Counted from the stretch's first letter, positions 40,230-50,591 are shown. The stretch is DNA of 64,000 nt from a bacterium (GCA_012517375.1 JAAYVC010000101.1:19438-83437); one strand, 5' to 3'. The notes: generated by a model from the letters alone, not told the origin. A program made the numbers and translations.

Positions 40230-42305
40230 TCAACGTACAAGGACAAACTTAGAAGTCGATAAAAACTTTCCAGACTTAGCCCGAGCGAAATATACGCCTG
40301 AAGGCTGGGAAAGAATTGACCATTCGATGACCGCAATGCCTCTTGAATCCGGACTCGCCTTTGCCGAGTAGACCATGCGGCCTGCTTCATCGTATACATT
40401 CAACATCACCAGGGATTCGGCCCCGTTTAACGAAAATCTGACACAGCGAGATAGATTTAAGGTTTGAACCGACAAAGCAAGCGGTTCAGGATTGCGAGCC
40501 GCTTCTTCAGATAATCCGAGTGAATGAACTCCGTTCCAGTCGGTCACAAAGAAATCTGTGAGCCTTCCCGGCGAAAATAATACTGTGGACCTGGAATTGG
40601 TCGCTTCGTAGGAGTTCGTCGGACAGTGACCGAGATCGTACTCCGCATCGAGCAGGAGCCGCACGCCTTTCTCCGTAATCGAGATCGTACCCGAGAGCGC
40701 CTCGCTCATCTCAGGGTAGTTGTTGAGGAAAACGAGATAGGCGTTTTTATCCTCAGGCATATCGATGGTTGTATCCATCTCTCCGGTTATCGCAAAATGG
40801 CTGTACATATTAATGCCGGAAAGATCCCTTGATTTGGGAATGTAGTCGGTGTTTAACGTACACGATATATTGAAATTACTTCCCGCAAGAGAGGATAAAG
40901 AATCAACGACCTTTCCCAGATTGTTACAGAGAACCTTGATATAGTAGTCTTGCTCCTCGCCTACCGCAGTCACGAAAACGCCGTCCCTGTTTGTGATTCC
41001 TGAATAGCCGTTCAGCACTTCATTTGTCTGCCATCCCTGACTGTTTACGTTCACGTTCATGTTCGACAAGGGCTTGCCGTTCGTTCCCAGGGCTTTTACC
41101 GTAAGGGTGCACGATTTTGAATACTGCTCTATGACACTGTACTGGTAGCCGTCGCCGCGCCAGTTCCAGATTAGTGAACAGTATTTACTGCCGCCGTGGT
41201 CCTTGTCAAACGCTCCGGAAGAGTCAGGTCTCCACTCACTCTCCTCAGGTAAATCGTAGCTTTTTGACATCCACATGGTACACCATACATGGTCTTCGTT
41301 GATATCGAGCACACCCACAGTAGGAATCAAGGCCGTTCTTCCGGCAGCCCATGTGATGTCCTGAAACTCGCCGCAGTTGCCGTCGTGATCGCAGGCAATC
41401 TCAATGGGCTGAATGGGTCTCGGCGAAGTGGCGCCCCATTTAACAACACCGTTAACCCAGTCATAGACTGCAGAGACGGCGCCCCCTCCAACGCTTTGAG
41501 GTTTTATCTCCCATGCGAATTCAATCGTATCGAGCGCGTCCTTGAGCAACGGGTAGGAGCCCGATTCCGTGTACGATTTAGTTCCGTTGTCGTAATAAAG
41601 ATACTCCCTCCAGAACTTGTTGTATATTATTGCAGGGTTCTCATCGGTCCCGCGCGGATGAATCACGTACCAGTAGTAAATCTCTTTCGGGATCTCGCAG
41701 TCAAGATTAATACCATCCTTGAGCACCTTGTAGCGGATGGTCGAATAATAATTCGTGTCCTTATCAGGGTTTCCATAGTCAACGATATCGGCGTATTCGA
41801 GTTCGTTATCAATCGCATAAAGCGAGTCCACGTTCTGTCTGATAACGTCGAGGTTAATCACTTTGAGATGACTGGCTGAGATGTGTGCGGCCTCGAATGC
41901 AATCTCGTCCCGCAACCGGGGTTCTCTGGGATTAAGAATCATATCCGCAAGAGTGTTCTGTCTCGAGGCGTCAAGCTGGGAAAGATTGTCCGTTAGATCA
42001 AGCTTTAGCCAAGAAGGCGATTTCTCGATAGCCAGCAGGGCATTCCCGGTCAATCCATAATCCGGAACAAGGGTGTCGGCAACGGTTCTTGACTGAGGAT
42101 TGTATTTGATAATCAATGCCGTTTTAGGCGGAAGAAGGAGCCTGAATCTTGAAACGCTTGCAGGCGTTCCTTGTACCGTTTCCAGGGGACGCTGGATAGC
42201 ATAAGCCTGGCTGGAAAGATACCTCCACTCTTCAGGCGAACTTAAATCCGCCGTGATGCCCGGACGATTCAACCCCTGGAAAATGATTAAGGTAGATGCA
42301 AACAT
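40230..42305 (-). CDS. secreted transglutaminase-like (Cys-His-Asp) domain protein with T9SS C-terminal sorting domain
   Basis: CGEF...AAGRTALIPTVGV..DHVWCTMW resembles transglutaminase core; C-terminal LVMLNVYDEAGRMV...GVYFARAKSG CTD. Confidence 0.5.
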   Translation of the reverse strand: MFASTLIIFQGLNRPGITADLSSPEEWRYLSSQAYAIQRPLETVQGTPASVSRFRLLLPPKTALIIKYNPQSRTVADTLVPDYGLTGNALLAIEKSPSWLKLDLTDNLSQLDASRQNTLADMILNPREPRLRDEIAFEAAHISASHLKVINLDVIRQNVDSLYAIDNELEYADIVDYGNPDKDTNYYSTIRYKVLKDGINLDCEIPKEIYYWYVIHPRGTDENPAIIYNKFWREYLYYDNGTKSYTESGSYPLLKDALDTIEFAWEIKPQSVGGGAVSAVYDWVNGVVKWGATSPRPIQPIEIACDHDGNCGEFQDITWAAGRTALIPTVGVLDINEDHVWCTMWMSKSYDLPEESEWRPDSSGAFDKDHGGSKYCSLIWNWRGDGYQYSVIEQYSKSCTLTVKALGTNGKPLSNMNVNVNSQGWQTNEVLNGYSGITNRDGVFVTAVGEEQDYYIKVLCNNLGKVVDSLSSLAGSNFNISCTLNTDYIPKSRDLSGINMYSHFAITGEMDTTIDMPEDKNAYLVFLNNYPEMSEALSGTISITEKGVRLLLDAEYDLGHCPTNSYEATNSRSTVLFSPGRLTDFFVTDWNGVHSLGLSEEAARNPEPLALSVQTLNLSRCVRFSLNGAESLVMLNVYDEAGRMVYSAKASPDSRGIAVIEWSILSQPSGVYFARAKSGKFLSTSKFVLVR

Positions 42306-42391
42306 TTTTTTCCTCCTGGATTGTCAGCTTAACCGGTCAGACTCAAAAGTCAAGTCTCCAGTATTGACTTGGTTCACATTTGTGAATATGC

Positions 42392-44491
42392 TTGAACGTG
42401 GAGCTTTTGACTGCAAAACGCTTTACGGCGTTAAGATGTAGTCTTGTGATAGGAATTGGAGTAATCGCCGGATTCCTCCTCCCCATTCCCTGGTGGGTTT
42501 TCTTGGCAGCAGGTTTTGCTAGTATTGTTCTTGTTTTTTTCTTCTCGGAGAAATTCCTTTACCTGACGATATTTCTTCTTGCTTTCGCTTACGGTAATAT
42601 TTCCATTCCATCAGGGATATCTAAAGAGACCTACAACGTTCGGATTGTTACGGAAGGCAAAATAGGAGAAAGAGAGGGAGAATATTCGACATTCACGATT
42701 GATTCACCTTCATTTTTGAAGGCAAGGAAAGTTCTTATTTATACGAACAGAGATATTACTCCTGGAACAGTATTGAGGGTAAAGGGAGAAATACTTCCCC
42801 TATCATTTCCGCGCAATCCCGGACTTTCTGACAGAAACGCTCGCTTAAAAAGGGAAGGTGTCATCGGACGCATAAAGGTTAGTGAGTTGACAATAATTTC
42901 CCCCCCTCAGGGCATCGATGCCTGGATAGCACGGGCAAGACAGGGAGTTATCAAGAGATCGAGCGTCCTCTTTGGTCCTGAAGCCGCGATATTCTCTGCA
43001 ATCCTTCTTGGTAAAACCGATCTTGTCTCCGAGGAACTTTTTTTTGATATGAGGAGAACGGGAACCCTTCATCTCCTGGCAGTATCGGGTCTTAATGTCG
43101 GAATCCTTGTCGCTTTTCTTGCTTTTCTTTTCAAGCTTTTAAACATACCTCGAAAATGGTCGCTACCCTTGCTTGTGGTGCTTCTCGCGGGTTATGTAGC
43201 TCTTGTAGGACCTTGCCCTTCGATTATAAGATCCTCGCTCATGTGCGTGGCGGTAGCGATAGGCTTTCTCCTCGATCGCAAGACCATGCCTTTGAATAAT
43301 CTCTCGATTGCAGGTTTAGCCATAATCCTCTGGAAGCCATCCCAGATTCTCGATTTAGGCTTCCAGCTCAGTTTCAGCGCAACTCTGTCTATAATCCTTG
43401 CCGTTGAATTGCTAAGTCATACATATTCTAAACTTAATCAGCCAAAGATTCCAAAATGGCTTAATCAATGGATAATCCTGCCCTTGGCTGTATCGCTCGC
43501 TGCGACCATATTTACCTTGCCTTTTCTGGCAAGTCAGTTTCATCAAATAACATTATCGTCTGTACTAGCCAATCTGCCGGCAGTGCCGCTCGTCTCATTC
43601 GTGTTTCCTTTGGGTCTGGTTGCCCTGCTCTTGAGTCTTATCTGGCTGCCTTTAGGCGAGATAATTGGTTATGCCGTAAGCGGATTATTGTGGTTTCTTG
43701 AAAATATACTGCACGTTTTGCCTGGAGAGCTTTTAGCGGCGGCAAGCTGGCCTGCCGCTGTAACGATTGCCCTTTTTGCTTCCGCTCTGCTTTTATATAC
43801 AGAAAAAGGGAGAAGATATCGATTTGCATTATCTGCACTGATTCTTCTTGCTGGAATCAATATCGGTATATGGCCCTGGGCCCTCAAGGACAGTAGACCG
43901 ACACTGACTCTTCTCGATACATATTACGGCAACGTCGCTGTTCTTGAATCCGATGGCCGCACTATCCTTCTGAATACAGGCTCAAAAAACGAAACAGTTG
44001 TTAGAAACTACCTTAACTCTAGAGGCTTAAGAACAATTGACTACGTGCTTTGCCTCTCAGATAAAGCGGGCGATATATCAGCTCTGGATACACTCATTAA
44101 ATACTTCAACATAAGTGAAGCAGGACTTATTCTCAAACAAAAGAATATGACAGTCGATGCGGCAGTCGATAGTAATGAAGTCAGAAAAGGGCTTCGAGGA
44201 GCTTCGCAGATTATACGGATACCGGCTGCAGGTATCTTAAAACTGCCCTCAGTAAATATTGCTTACGATCTAACCAGGTACTCGAAACCTTATTACGAAG
44301 TTCTTTCCAGAAATAAAAAGGTTGTTTTCACTTCTGAACTTGAAAAAATCGATTCAAATGCAATTAACTATCTCCTGAAAAGCAATTTAGAGCCAAATCT
44401 TAAAGGAGTCAGGCTGATCTCCAAGGAACCAGAGAACGGCGTTAAGACGGAGGTAATTCGTGAAACGGGCGGTATCAGGATCGATCTCTGA
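42392..44491 (+). CDS. comEC: DNA internalization competence protein ComEC/Rec2
   Basis: competence-domain motif GTLHLLAVSGLNVGIL; polytopic membrane; C-terminal MBL-like region. Confidence 0.8.
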   Translation: MNVELLTAKRFTALRCSLVIGIGVIAGFLLPIPWWVFLAAGFASIVLVFFFSEKFLYLTIFLLAFAYGNISIPSGISKETYNVRIVTEGKIGEREGEYSTFTIDSPSFLKARKVLIYTNRDITPGTVLRVKGEILPLSFPRNPGLSDRNARLKREGVIGRIKVSELTIISPPQGIDAWIARARQGVIKRSSVLFGPEAAIFSAILLGKTDLVSEELFFDMRRTGTLHLLAVSGLNVGILVAFLAFLFKLLNIPRKWSLPLLVVLLAGYVALVGPCPSIIRSSLMCVAVAIGFLLDRKTMPLNNLSIAGLAIILWKPSQILDLGFQLSFSATLSIILAVELLSHTYSKLNQPKIPKWLNQWIILPLAVSLAATIFTLPFLASQFHQITLSSVLANLPAVPLVSFVFPLGLVALLLSLIWLPLGEIIGYAVSGLLWFLENILHVLPGELLAAASWPAAVTIALFASALLLYTEKGRRYRFALSALILLAGINIGIWPWALKDSRPTLTLLDTYYGNVAVLESDGRTILLNTGSKNETVVRNYLNSRGLRTIDYVLCLSDKAGDISALDTLIKYFNISEAGLILKQKNMTVDAAVDSNEVRKGLRGASQIIRIPAAGILKLPSVNIAYDLTRYSKPYYEVLSRNKKVVFTSELEKIDSNAINYLLKSNLEPNLKGVRLISKEPENGVKTEVIRETGGIRIDL

Positions 44492-45742
44492 TCAGAACTG
44501 AGTAATATCGACTTCTTTGCGGTTTGGATAACGGATTACCTTGTTCTCCCATGTTCTGATGGTTATGAAATTCGGACCTCTCGAAATGATGTATTCCGGC
44601 AATATAGGCGTCTTTCCAAGACCGTGAGGAGCGTTTATTATGTATGTCGGTATAGCCATTCCGGACGTATAGCCGCGCAGAAACTCCATTATCTCGATTC
44701 CCTTGTCGACAGAGGTTACGAAATGGATAGTACCCCTTATCTCCTTTGCATGAAAGATGTAGTAAGGTTTTACGCGTATCCTCAAGAGTTCCTGATTGAG
44801 CGCCTTCACTACCGAACATCGGTCGTTTATACCGTTAAGTAAAACCATCTGATTGCCTAGAGGTATTCCACCATCTGCAAGCATGCTGCATGCATTTGCG
44901 GATTCAGGTGTAATCTCTCTCGGATGATTAAACTGCGTGTTCAAGTAGATTGGGTGGTGCTTTTGGAGTATTTTGACAAGTTCGGGCGTGATTCGCTGTG
45001 GCATGGTTACAGGCGTGCGGGAGCCGATTCTGATTATCTCAACATGCTTGATTTTCCTTAGCGAAGAGAGGATGCGTTCCAGGTCTTCATCATCGCGAGT
45101 GAGGGGGTCTCCTCCGGTCAAGAGAACGTCCCTGATCTCCGGATTATCCCTGACATACTTGATGGATTCCTCGATTTGAGGCCAGTCGGTGTGGTGGTCC
45201 TTCTGACCTATCAATCTGCGTCGCTGACAGTGCCTGCAATAGGTCGGACATATATTCGATACGAGTATTATAAGCCTGTCCGGATATCTTCGGGTTACGC
45301 TTGCTGCAGGCGAGTTGTGCTCCTCGTCCATCGGGTCAACGCTCCCGCCGTGAATGCTCAGTTCGGCTACAAGAGGAACGGCTTGAAGTTTAATCGGTCC
45401 GTAACGGCCTGAAAAATCAGCTAAGGACAAATAGTACGGCGACACAGCCCACCGAAACGTCTTGCCTACTTTAGTTATATCCTCGAGGTCCTCCTCTCTC
45501 AGGTCTATAAGCTTGGTTAATGTATCAACATCGCGAATCCGATTAGCAAGCTGCCAGTGCCAGTCGTTCCACTGCTCCTCAGTTCCTCCCAGTTCTTCCA
45601 TTATGCGCCTCTTGCGTACCCCAACATCCTCCACTAACTCAAAACCCGTGTGGATGGTCTTTCTAACCTCAAGATAATCACTGATGCGTTCGCGCAGTTT
45701 TTCGGCGCGCGCTATCGCTTTCAGGCGTTTCGGGTCTTTCAT
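44492..45742 (-). CDS. KamA-family radical SAM lysine 2,3-aminomutase
   Basis: CPTYCRHCQRR CxxxCxxC motif; 416 aa typical of KamA/AblA. Confidence 0.85.
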   Translation of the reverse strand: MKDPKRLKAIARAEKLRERISDYLEVRKTIHTGFELVEDVGVRKRRIMEELGGTEEQWNDWHWQLANRIRDVDTLTKLIDLREEDLEDITKVGKTFRWAVSPYYLSLADFSGRYGPIKLQAVPLVAELSIHGGSVDPMDEEHNSPAASVTRRYPDRLIILVSNICPTYCRHCQRRRLIGQKDHHTDWPQIEESIKYVRDNPEIRDVLLTGGDPLTRDDEDLERILSSLRKIKHVEIIRIGSRTPVTMPQRITPELVKILQKHHPIYLNTQFNHPREITPESANACSMLADGGIPLGNQMVLLNGINDRCSVVKALNQELLRIRVKPYYIFHAKEIRGTIHFVTSVDKGIEIMEFLRGYTSGMAIPTYIINAPHGLGKTPILPEYIISRGPNFITIRTWENKVIRYPNRKEVDITQF

Positions 45743-46030
45743 AAATCAATCTCCTTTTATTAAGCAAACCTTTTTAATACGACAGTTAAAAATTCTTGTT
45801 AAAGTCAATTAAAGGATTTTTATTAAAGCTTATTTTGATTATAGGAATAAAACAAACATCCGCAAGTAGCGAGCGGGCTTGACTCCATTGTTCTCCGACT
45901 TATAATTACAAGAGTTCTTTGGAAAACCGGCTAAGCATTGTCCTTTTGCACAACTCCGTAAGTTGATAGAATTTCTTCCCTTAAATGGGGTCCCAAGACA
46001 AGTACGAAAAAAATCGCTTGGGGCTTCTAC

Positions 46031-46382
46031 GGGGGCGAACGGCTTCGACGGGGTGTTGACGCACAAGAGGGCATGGCAAGGGTCTCTCGTGACCTTGTAA
46101 ATCCTGCGAGAGGAAAACTAACTGCTGATAACAGCTACGCTTACGCAGCTTAATTAACCGCGTCCTCGACCTTGTGTTCGGCCCGTTCGGTGCTAGGTTC
46201 GGGGTAATTTAGGACGGGTGAAACCTCCGGGTGGCTACTACCTGAAGGTGGATCTTTTTAGTAGCTGGTTCCTGAGTTGCTAGTCGCTAAGTTGCGAAGG
46301 AACGAGACTTTTTATAGCGACTAACCATGTAGTCCTCGACTGCCGACCATCTCGGACGCGGGTTCAATTCCCGCCGCCTCCA
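46031..46382 (+). ncRNA. ssrA: tmRNA (SsrA), ~352 nt
   Basis: 5' GGGGGCG-AACGGCTTCGACGGGG; 3' T-arm GCGGGTTCAATTCCCGC + acceptor CGCCTCC-A giving G3:U70; tag reading frame GCT GAT AAC AGC TAC GCT TAC GCA GCT TAA = ADNSYAYAA*. Confidence 0.85.
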
Positions 46383-46443
46383 TTGTAAACTAAAGAAAAA
46401 ACGGCTCTTAGGCCGTTTTTTCTTTAACCTAAATTATTCAAAG

Positions 46444-46547
46444 GTTGGGGTCCCCGTGAAGCTACGGAGTAGATTCGTGGGGTGAAAAAAAACTGGTCAA
46501 AAGTAGGTCAAAAGTGGGACAAAAGCTACCCAAAAGGTGGTCAAAAC
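46444..46547. repeat. second copy of GGGGTCCCC hairpin element followed by five ~11-bp phased direct repeats (NGGTCAAAAG)
   Basis: GGGGTCCCCGTGAAGCTACGGAGTAGATTCGTGGGGTGAAAAAAA then tggtcaaaag/taggtcaaaag/tgggacaaaag/ctacccaaaag/gtggtcaaaac. Confidence 0.6.
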
Positions 46548-46689
46548 ATGGACATTTTGGGGTCATTTTGAGCAAAAAAGGGGGCAAGTGCTGAAATAAT
46601 GGAATGGGATACAACCACAGTTTACCTTGTTGGCTTGACAAACAAATGGTACGAGGTATACTTTTTAGAAAATAATCAGAGGAGGATAA

Positions 46690-47784
46690 ATGCCCATTTG
46701 GAAAATTACTCAAAAAGGTCCTGTTCGGGTTTCTGAAACTAAATTAAAACAAGAGAAACTTCTTGAAGAGCATCTTGAGGATTGGGTTGTCAATGATTCG
46801 TCAATCCTAGGGGAACCCCTTTTGATAATAGGTCGACAGGTAATGATTCCTGATGTAAAAGACAGGCTCGACATCCTTGCTCTCGACCCTCAAGGAAACG
46901 CCGTAATTGTTGAGTTGAAGAGGGGGAAACTCAAGGACCCTGTGGACATGCAAGCTTTGAGGTATGCAAGCTATATCTCCAAGTGGCATTTCGAAGATTT
47001 CGAGAATCAAGCGCGAGCTTACTGGGGAAGGGATGGCGATGTTGAATTCAACTTCAATGATACATATGAGCAGTTTTGTACTGAGGCAGGTATTGATGAA
47101 GTTCCTGACATAAACTCAGATCAAAGAGTAATCATAGTGGGGTCTGAGGTAAAAGATAAACTGGGTAGCGTTGCTTTGTGGTTGCACGACCACAGTATTG
47201 ACGTAAAGGTTATTGAGGTTGAGGTTTTTCGTGAAGGGGAAACGCTCTTACTAGAACCCCATGTTATCATCCCTTTACCCGTAAGTAGATTCCATGATAC
47301 AGGCCGGGCTCCCAGAGGTGATATTTCAAAACCCTGGATTGGTGACGGAAAAACATGGCATCTGGATAAAAGATGTAGTTCCACAACAAAAAACATGCTA
47401 CTGACACTTGATGATCTTATTCGGGATAACTTGGATGTTGAAGAAACAAGATGGGATCAGAAATTCTATGTTGCATACCGAATCAATAATTATAATTGGC
47501 TAAGTGTTGGAACGCATCGAAAAATATTGATTCTTGATTTCCTCGTTAAACCTTCTGCCTTCAAGCTAACGGATTTGGCTAAGCGTTTGGAAGTAGAACA
47601 GTTCGATAAAGAGGAATCAATCGCTGAGAAGTTTGGATTACCAAGCTCTGTTTTCATAGAGAAAATAAACGAAAAAGTGGATCGAGTCAGGCTTAGGATT
47701 AAGGAAGGGTTCAACCTCAACAGTGAAGCGTTCCTTACCTTCTTAAAGGATGCGTTCAAGGCGTCTCCATTTTCGAAAGAGTAA
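46690..47784 (+). CDS. PD-(D/E)XK (NucS/RecB-like) nuclease-domain protein, uncharacterized C-terminal region
   Basis: LLIIGRQVMIPDVKDRLDILALDPQGNAVIVELKRGK...QALRYASYI = D...E-L-K restriction-endonuclease-like core. Confidence 0.5.
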   Translation: MPIWKITQKGPVRVSETKLKQEKLLEEHLEDWVVNDSSILGEPLLIIGRQVMIPDVKDRLDILALDPQGNAVIVELKRGKLKDPVDMQALRYASYISKWHFEDFENQARAYWGRDGDVEFNFNDTYEQFCTEAGIDEVPDINSDQRVIIVGSEVKDKLGSVALWLHDHSIDVKVIEVEVFREGETLLLEPHVIIPLPVSRFHDTGRAPRGDISKPWIGDGKTWHLDKRCSSTTKNMLLTLDDLIRDNLDVEETRWDQKFYVAYRINNYNWLSVGTHRKILILDFLVKPSAFKLTDLAKRLEVEQFDKEESIAEKFGLPSSVFIEKINEKVDRVRLRIKEGFNLNSEAFLTFLKDAFKASPFSKE

Positions 47785-48105
47785 GCTAGAGAACTTTCAG
47801 ATTCGCAAAGTTAAGAATATCCTCGCGAGGGAACCTTCAGCTTATCATGTAGTGCTATGAGATTGCTTCGCGGTTAAAACCGCTCGCAACGACAAACATT
47901 CGAAACTATTACCTTAAAGTAGGGGCCGACTTTTAAGTCGGCCCGGTTTAAATTACATTTCGGGCTGACCTAACGCGAAGCGGATGCTGAGGCCATCAAC
48001 GTCAGCCACTACGACCTAAAAAAATCTGAGAGCGTGTTACGGGCGGGTGTTACGGGTTGACATTTCCCCCTCCTCCCCTATGCTTTGGGAACCAAAGGAG
48101 GCGTA

Positions 48106-48309
48106 ATGCCCGGACCAAAGGTTTACCATCTCGAATACAGGAGAAAAATGTGGCGGCTTAAAGGGGCAAGCGCCGAAAAGGCTTTGCGAGTGTTCCAGAC
48201 CAAGGCGAAAGCGCTGAAGGAGTCGGCGAAAATAGTTCGCAGACAGAAGCCTTCAATGCTCAAGATACATAAAAAGAACGGAATCATTACGCGGACGAGA
48301 AGCTATTAA
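48106..48309 (+). CDS. DUF2188 family small protein
   Basis: PKVYHLEYRRKMWRLKGASAEKALRVFQTKAKALKESAKIV...LKIHKKNGII matches DUF2188 pattern; AAAGGAGG RBS before ATG 48106. Confidence 0.55.
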   Translation: MPGPKVYHLEYRRKMWRLKGASAEKALRVFQTKAKALKESAKIVRRQKPSMLKIHKKNGIITRTRSY

Positions 48310-48324
48310 ATCAAAGGAGGATTA

Positions 48325-48543
48325 ATGCCCGTATTGTCTTACGAAGGTCCCAAGCTTACGAAAGAGCAGAAGGAGAAATTAATCAAGGAGATGACCGAAG
48401 CCGCGGCAAGGGTTATACCCGATATACCCGAACAAGCCTATTATTTCTTTGTACGAGAATACGAAGACGAAAACGTGGGCGTCGGCGGTATGCCGCTTCG
48501 AGACTACATAAAATCGGTACGCGAGATGGGTAGCGGGCGTTAG
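48325..48543 (+). CDS. 4-oxalocrotonate tautomerase family protein
   Basis: N-terminal Pro1 (MPVLSYEG), ...VGVGGMPL; ~70 aa. Confidence 0.6.
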   Translation: MPVLSYEGPKLTKEQKEKLIKEMTEAAARVIPDIPEQAYYFFVREYEDENVGVGGMPLRDYIKSVREMGSGR

Positions 48544-48671
48544 CGTCGTCATCGGCCTAAATATGCTATAAAAAGATCTCGAGGCCGCTTTCTGTCTGAA
48601 CATCCGACAATCCATACTCTGGTTTGACAACCGCATTTCCCAGCCTATTATTCACGAAAAAGGAGAATTGA

Positions 48672-49154
48672 ATGGACGTACTAGAGGCGCTTTTAACCAG
48701 GCGGAGCATTCGTAAGTATACCTCAAAACCCGTATCGAAGGAGACGGTTGAAACTCTGCTGCGGGCGGCAATGGCCGCGCCGTCGGCAGGCAACCAGCAG
48801 CCGTGGCAGTTCGTGGTCGTGACCGACCGGACGGTGCTCGACGAACACCCGGTTTGCAAGGGCGCGCCGTGCGCTATCCTCGTTTGCGGGGACGCGAATC
48901 TCGAAAAGTACAAGGGATACTGGGTAATAGACTGCACGCTCGCGACGGCCAACATCCTTGCGGCCGCGCACGCCATGGGCCTGGGCTCGGTCTTTCTGGG
49001 AATCTACCCGCACGAAGAATCCATGAACAATCTGCGGAAAGCTCTGGGACTTGGAGATAATCTCATCCCACTCACCCTGCTACCCCTGGGATATCCGGCT
49101 GAGGAGAAGCCCGCATCGAACCGTTTTGACCCCGCAAGAATAAGCTGGAAGTAA
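48672..49154 (+). CDS. nitroreductase family protein
   Basis: LLTRRSIRKYTSKPVSKETVETLLRAAMAAPSAGNQQPWQFVVV; GC content visibly higher than flanks. Confidence 0.8.
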   Translation: MDVLEALLTRRSIRKYTSKPVSKETVETLLRAAMAAPSAGNQQPWQFVVVTDRTVLDEHPVCKGAPCAILVCGDANLEKYKGYWVIDCTLATANILAAAHAMGLGSVFLGIYPHEESMNNLRKALGLGDNLIPLTLLPLGYPAEEKPASNRFDPARISWK

Positions 49155-49303
49155 CGTCCGTAACACCCCGAGATCGCTCGGAGATTGTGCTTGAAAAACT
49201 TCCTAATTCGAGTATAGTTATTCTCCGATTTCTTTAACCACTTTGTAAGGAGGAGTCGATGCTTGTCAATTCGAGAACAATAGAAGTTAATTATCTTTGG
49301 AAG

Positions 49304-49858
49304 ATGGATTCGAAAATATATCGTCTTCTCCGCGGTACTCTTTTGACTTTCGCTTCGAGCGCGGCAATCGCGCTCTCCGCCCAGGTGGCAATACCGCTTC
49401 CTTTCACTCCTGTTCCAATAACATTGCAGACGCTCGTCGTGCTTTTGTCCGGCGCGCTTCTTGGAAGCAGACTAGGCCCCTTGAGCGTCATAGTCTACAT
49501 TGGACTCGGCATGACCGGCATCCCCGTATTCGCCTCGGGCGGAGCAGGTCTTGCAAGGCTTCTGGGCCCAACGGGCGGCTATCTTGTCGGCTTTGCCGCC
49601 GCATCCTTCGTTGCAGGTTTTCTTTTCGAGAATGGATTCGGAAAGACTCTTTTCGGGCGGACGCTAGCGATGCTTGCAGCAAGCGTCCTCATCTACGCGT
49701 TCGGACTTGCGCGCCTCGCCTCATTCACGGGCTGGGACAGTGTTCTTTCGCTCGGCCTTTATCCCTTTATCGCAGGCGATATGCTCAAGATAGGCTTGCT
49801 TACCTTGTTGCTGCCCGCGACTCAAGCCGTTGTGCAGATTCGTCAGAAAAGCTTGTAG
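49304..49858 (+). CDS. bioY: biotin transporter BioY (ECF S-component)
   Basis: LSAQVAIPLPFTPVPITLQTLVVLLSGALLG...PTGGYLVGF; start at MDSKIYR. Confidence 0.8.
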   Translation: MDSKIYRLLRGTLLTFASSAAIALSAQVAIPLPFTPVPITLQTLVVLLSGALLGSRLGPLSVIVYIGLGMTGIPVFASGGAGLARLLGPTGGYLVGFAAASFVAGFLFENGFGKTLFGRTLAMLAASVLIYAFGLARLASFTGWDSVLSLGLYPFIAGDMLKIGLLTLLLPATQAVVQIRQKSL

Positions 49859-50328
49859 CCAATCTTGCGAAGAAAGGACTGGCGTTCTCTTAAGTCGGCT
49901 TTGTTCTCGACGCCAAGAGGCGGGTAGCCGTCTATCACGCCGAGGATCCCTCTCCCCTGTTCGGTCTCTGCGACAATTACTTGGACAGGATTGGCAGTAG
50001 CGCAGAAGAAATTGACCGTTTCCGAGACAGCGTTGAGCCTTCGCAAGAGGCTTACAGGATAAGCGTTCTGGATCATCAAAACAAAGCTGTGACCTGCGCC
50101 TATCGCCAAAGCGTTTTTTGCGGCAAGCTCACGTAAAGACTCGTCCGTGCCTTCAACCCGGATGAGTCTTTTTGTCGACGCTTCGCAAAATGCAAGGCCG
50201 AACTTTATTCCGGGTACCGTCTCGACCATTGCTTCATGGAAATCCTCGCATGTCTTGATGAAGTGGGACATGCCGATAATGACGTTCGCGTCCTCAGGCT
50301 TTTCAACCTGCACTGCATTCAGTTCCAA
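49843..50328 (-). CDS. adenosine-specific kinase-like (PF04008-like) protein
   Basis: 161 aa; family recall from overall pattern only. Confidence 0.4.
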   Translation of the reverse strand: MELNAVQVEKPEDANVIIGMSHFIKTCEDFHEAMVETVPGIKFGLAFCEASTKRLIRVEGTDESLRELAAKNALAIGAGHSFVLMIQNAYPVSLLRRLNAVSETVNFFCATANPVQVIVAETEQGRGILGVIDGYPPLGVENKADLRERQSFLRKIGYKLF

Positions 50329-50455
50329 TATATCCTCCTTTTTTGAAATAATATATCCAGCGAGAAAGCGAAGTCAACTCTCCGTTTCAGTCTGAGCTGT
50401 TCTGTCCTACGAGAGAGTTCCAGCGAGGTCGCTCTTCGTTATTGCAGATTTGGAA

Positions 50456-50555
50456 TGGCGGAAGCGGAGCTTGCGCCCAGCGCCTCCGGCGCTCATCCTT
50501 GGATTTGAGAAAGTGAGTGGCGGAAGCGGAGCTTGCGCCCAGCGCCTCCGGCGCT
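50456..50555. repeat. two direct copies of a 38-bp hairpin-containing repeat GGCGGAAGCGGAGCTTGCGCCCAGCGCCTCCGGCGCTC
   Basis: copies at 50456-50493 and 50518-50555; internal palindrome AGCGCC-tccg-GCGCT. Confidence 0.7.
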
Positions 50556-50591
50556 CGCTTGCCCCGGCATCATTGATAGGTATAATTCCTT

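Noticed and set aside
45889-45917. TTGACT-17-TATAAT as tmRNA promoter
   Set aside because: Sits >110 nt upstream of the predicted mature 5' end; plausible precursor promoter but cannot be distinguished from chance without TSS data, so not listed as a feature
46462-46713. 83-aa minus-strand ORF
   Set aside because: Covers the iteron-like direct repeats; repetitive translation; no RBS
46383-48100. Integrase/recombinase expected next to tmRNA
   Set aside because: No ORF with tyrosine-recombinase (R..H..R..Y) or serine-recombinase motifs in the region; only a PD-(D/E)XK-domain protein
49297-49893. 198-aa + ORF and several other long ORFs (48566..48976 -, 48723..49013 -, 48803..49060 +)
   Set aside because: Alternative-frame or antisense ORFs inside the GC-rich nitroreductase/bioY genes; high GC suppresses stop codons; the nitroreductase and BioY frames have clear family motifs
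50456-50555. Possible CRISPR array
   Set aside because: Only two repeat copies with a 24-bp spacer and no cas genes; window-wide scan found no other regularly spaced 25-40-bp repeats
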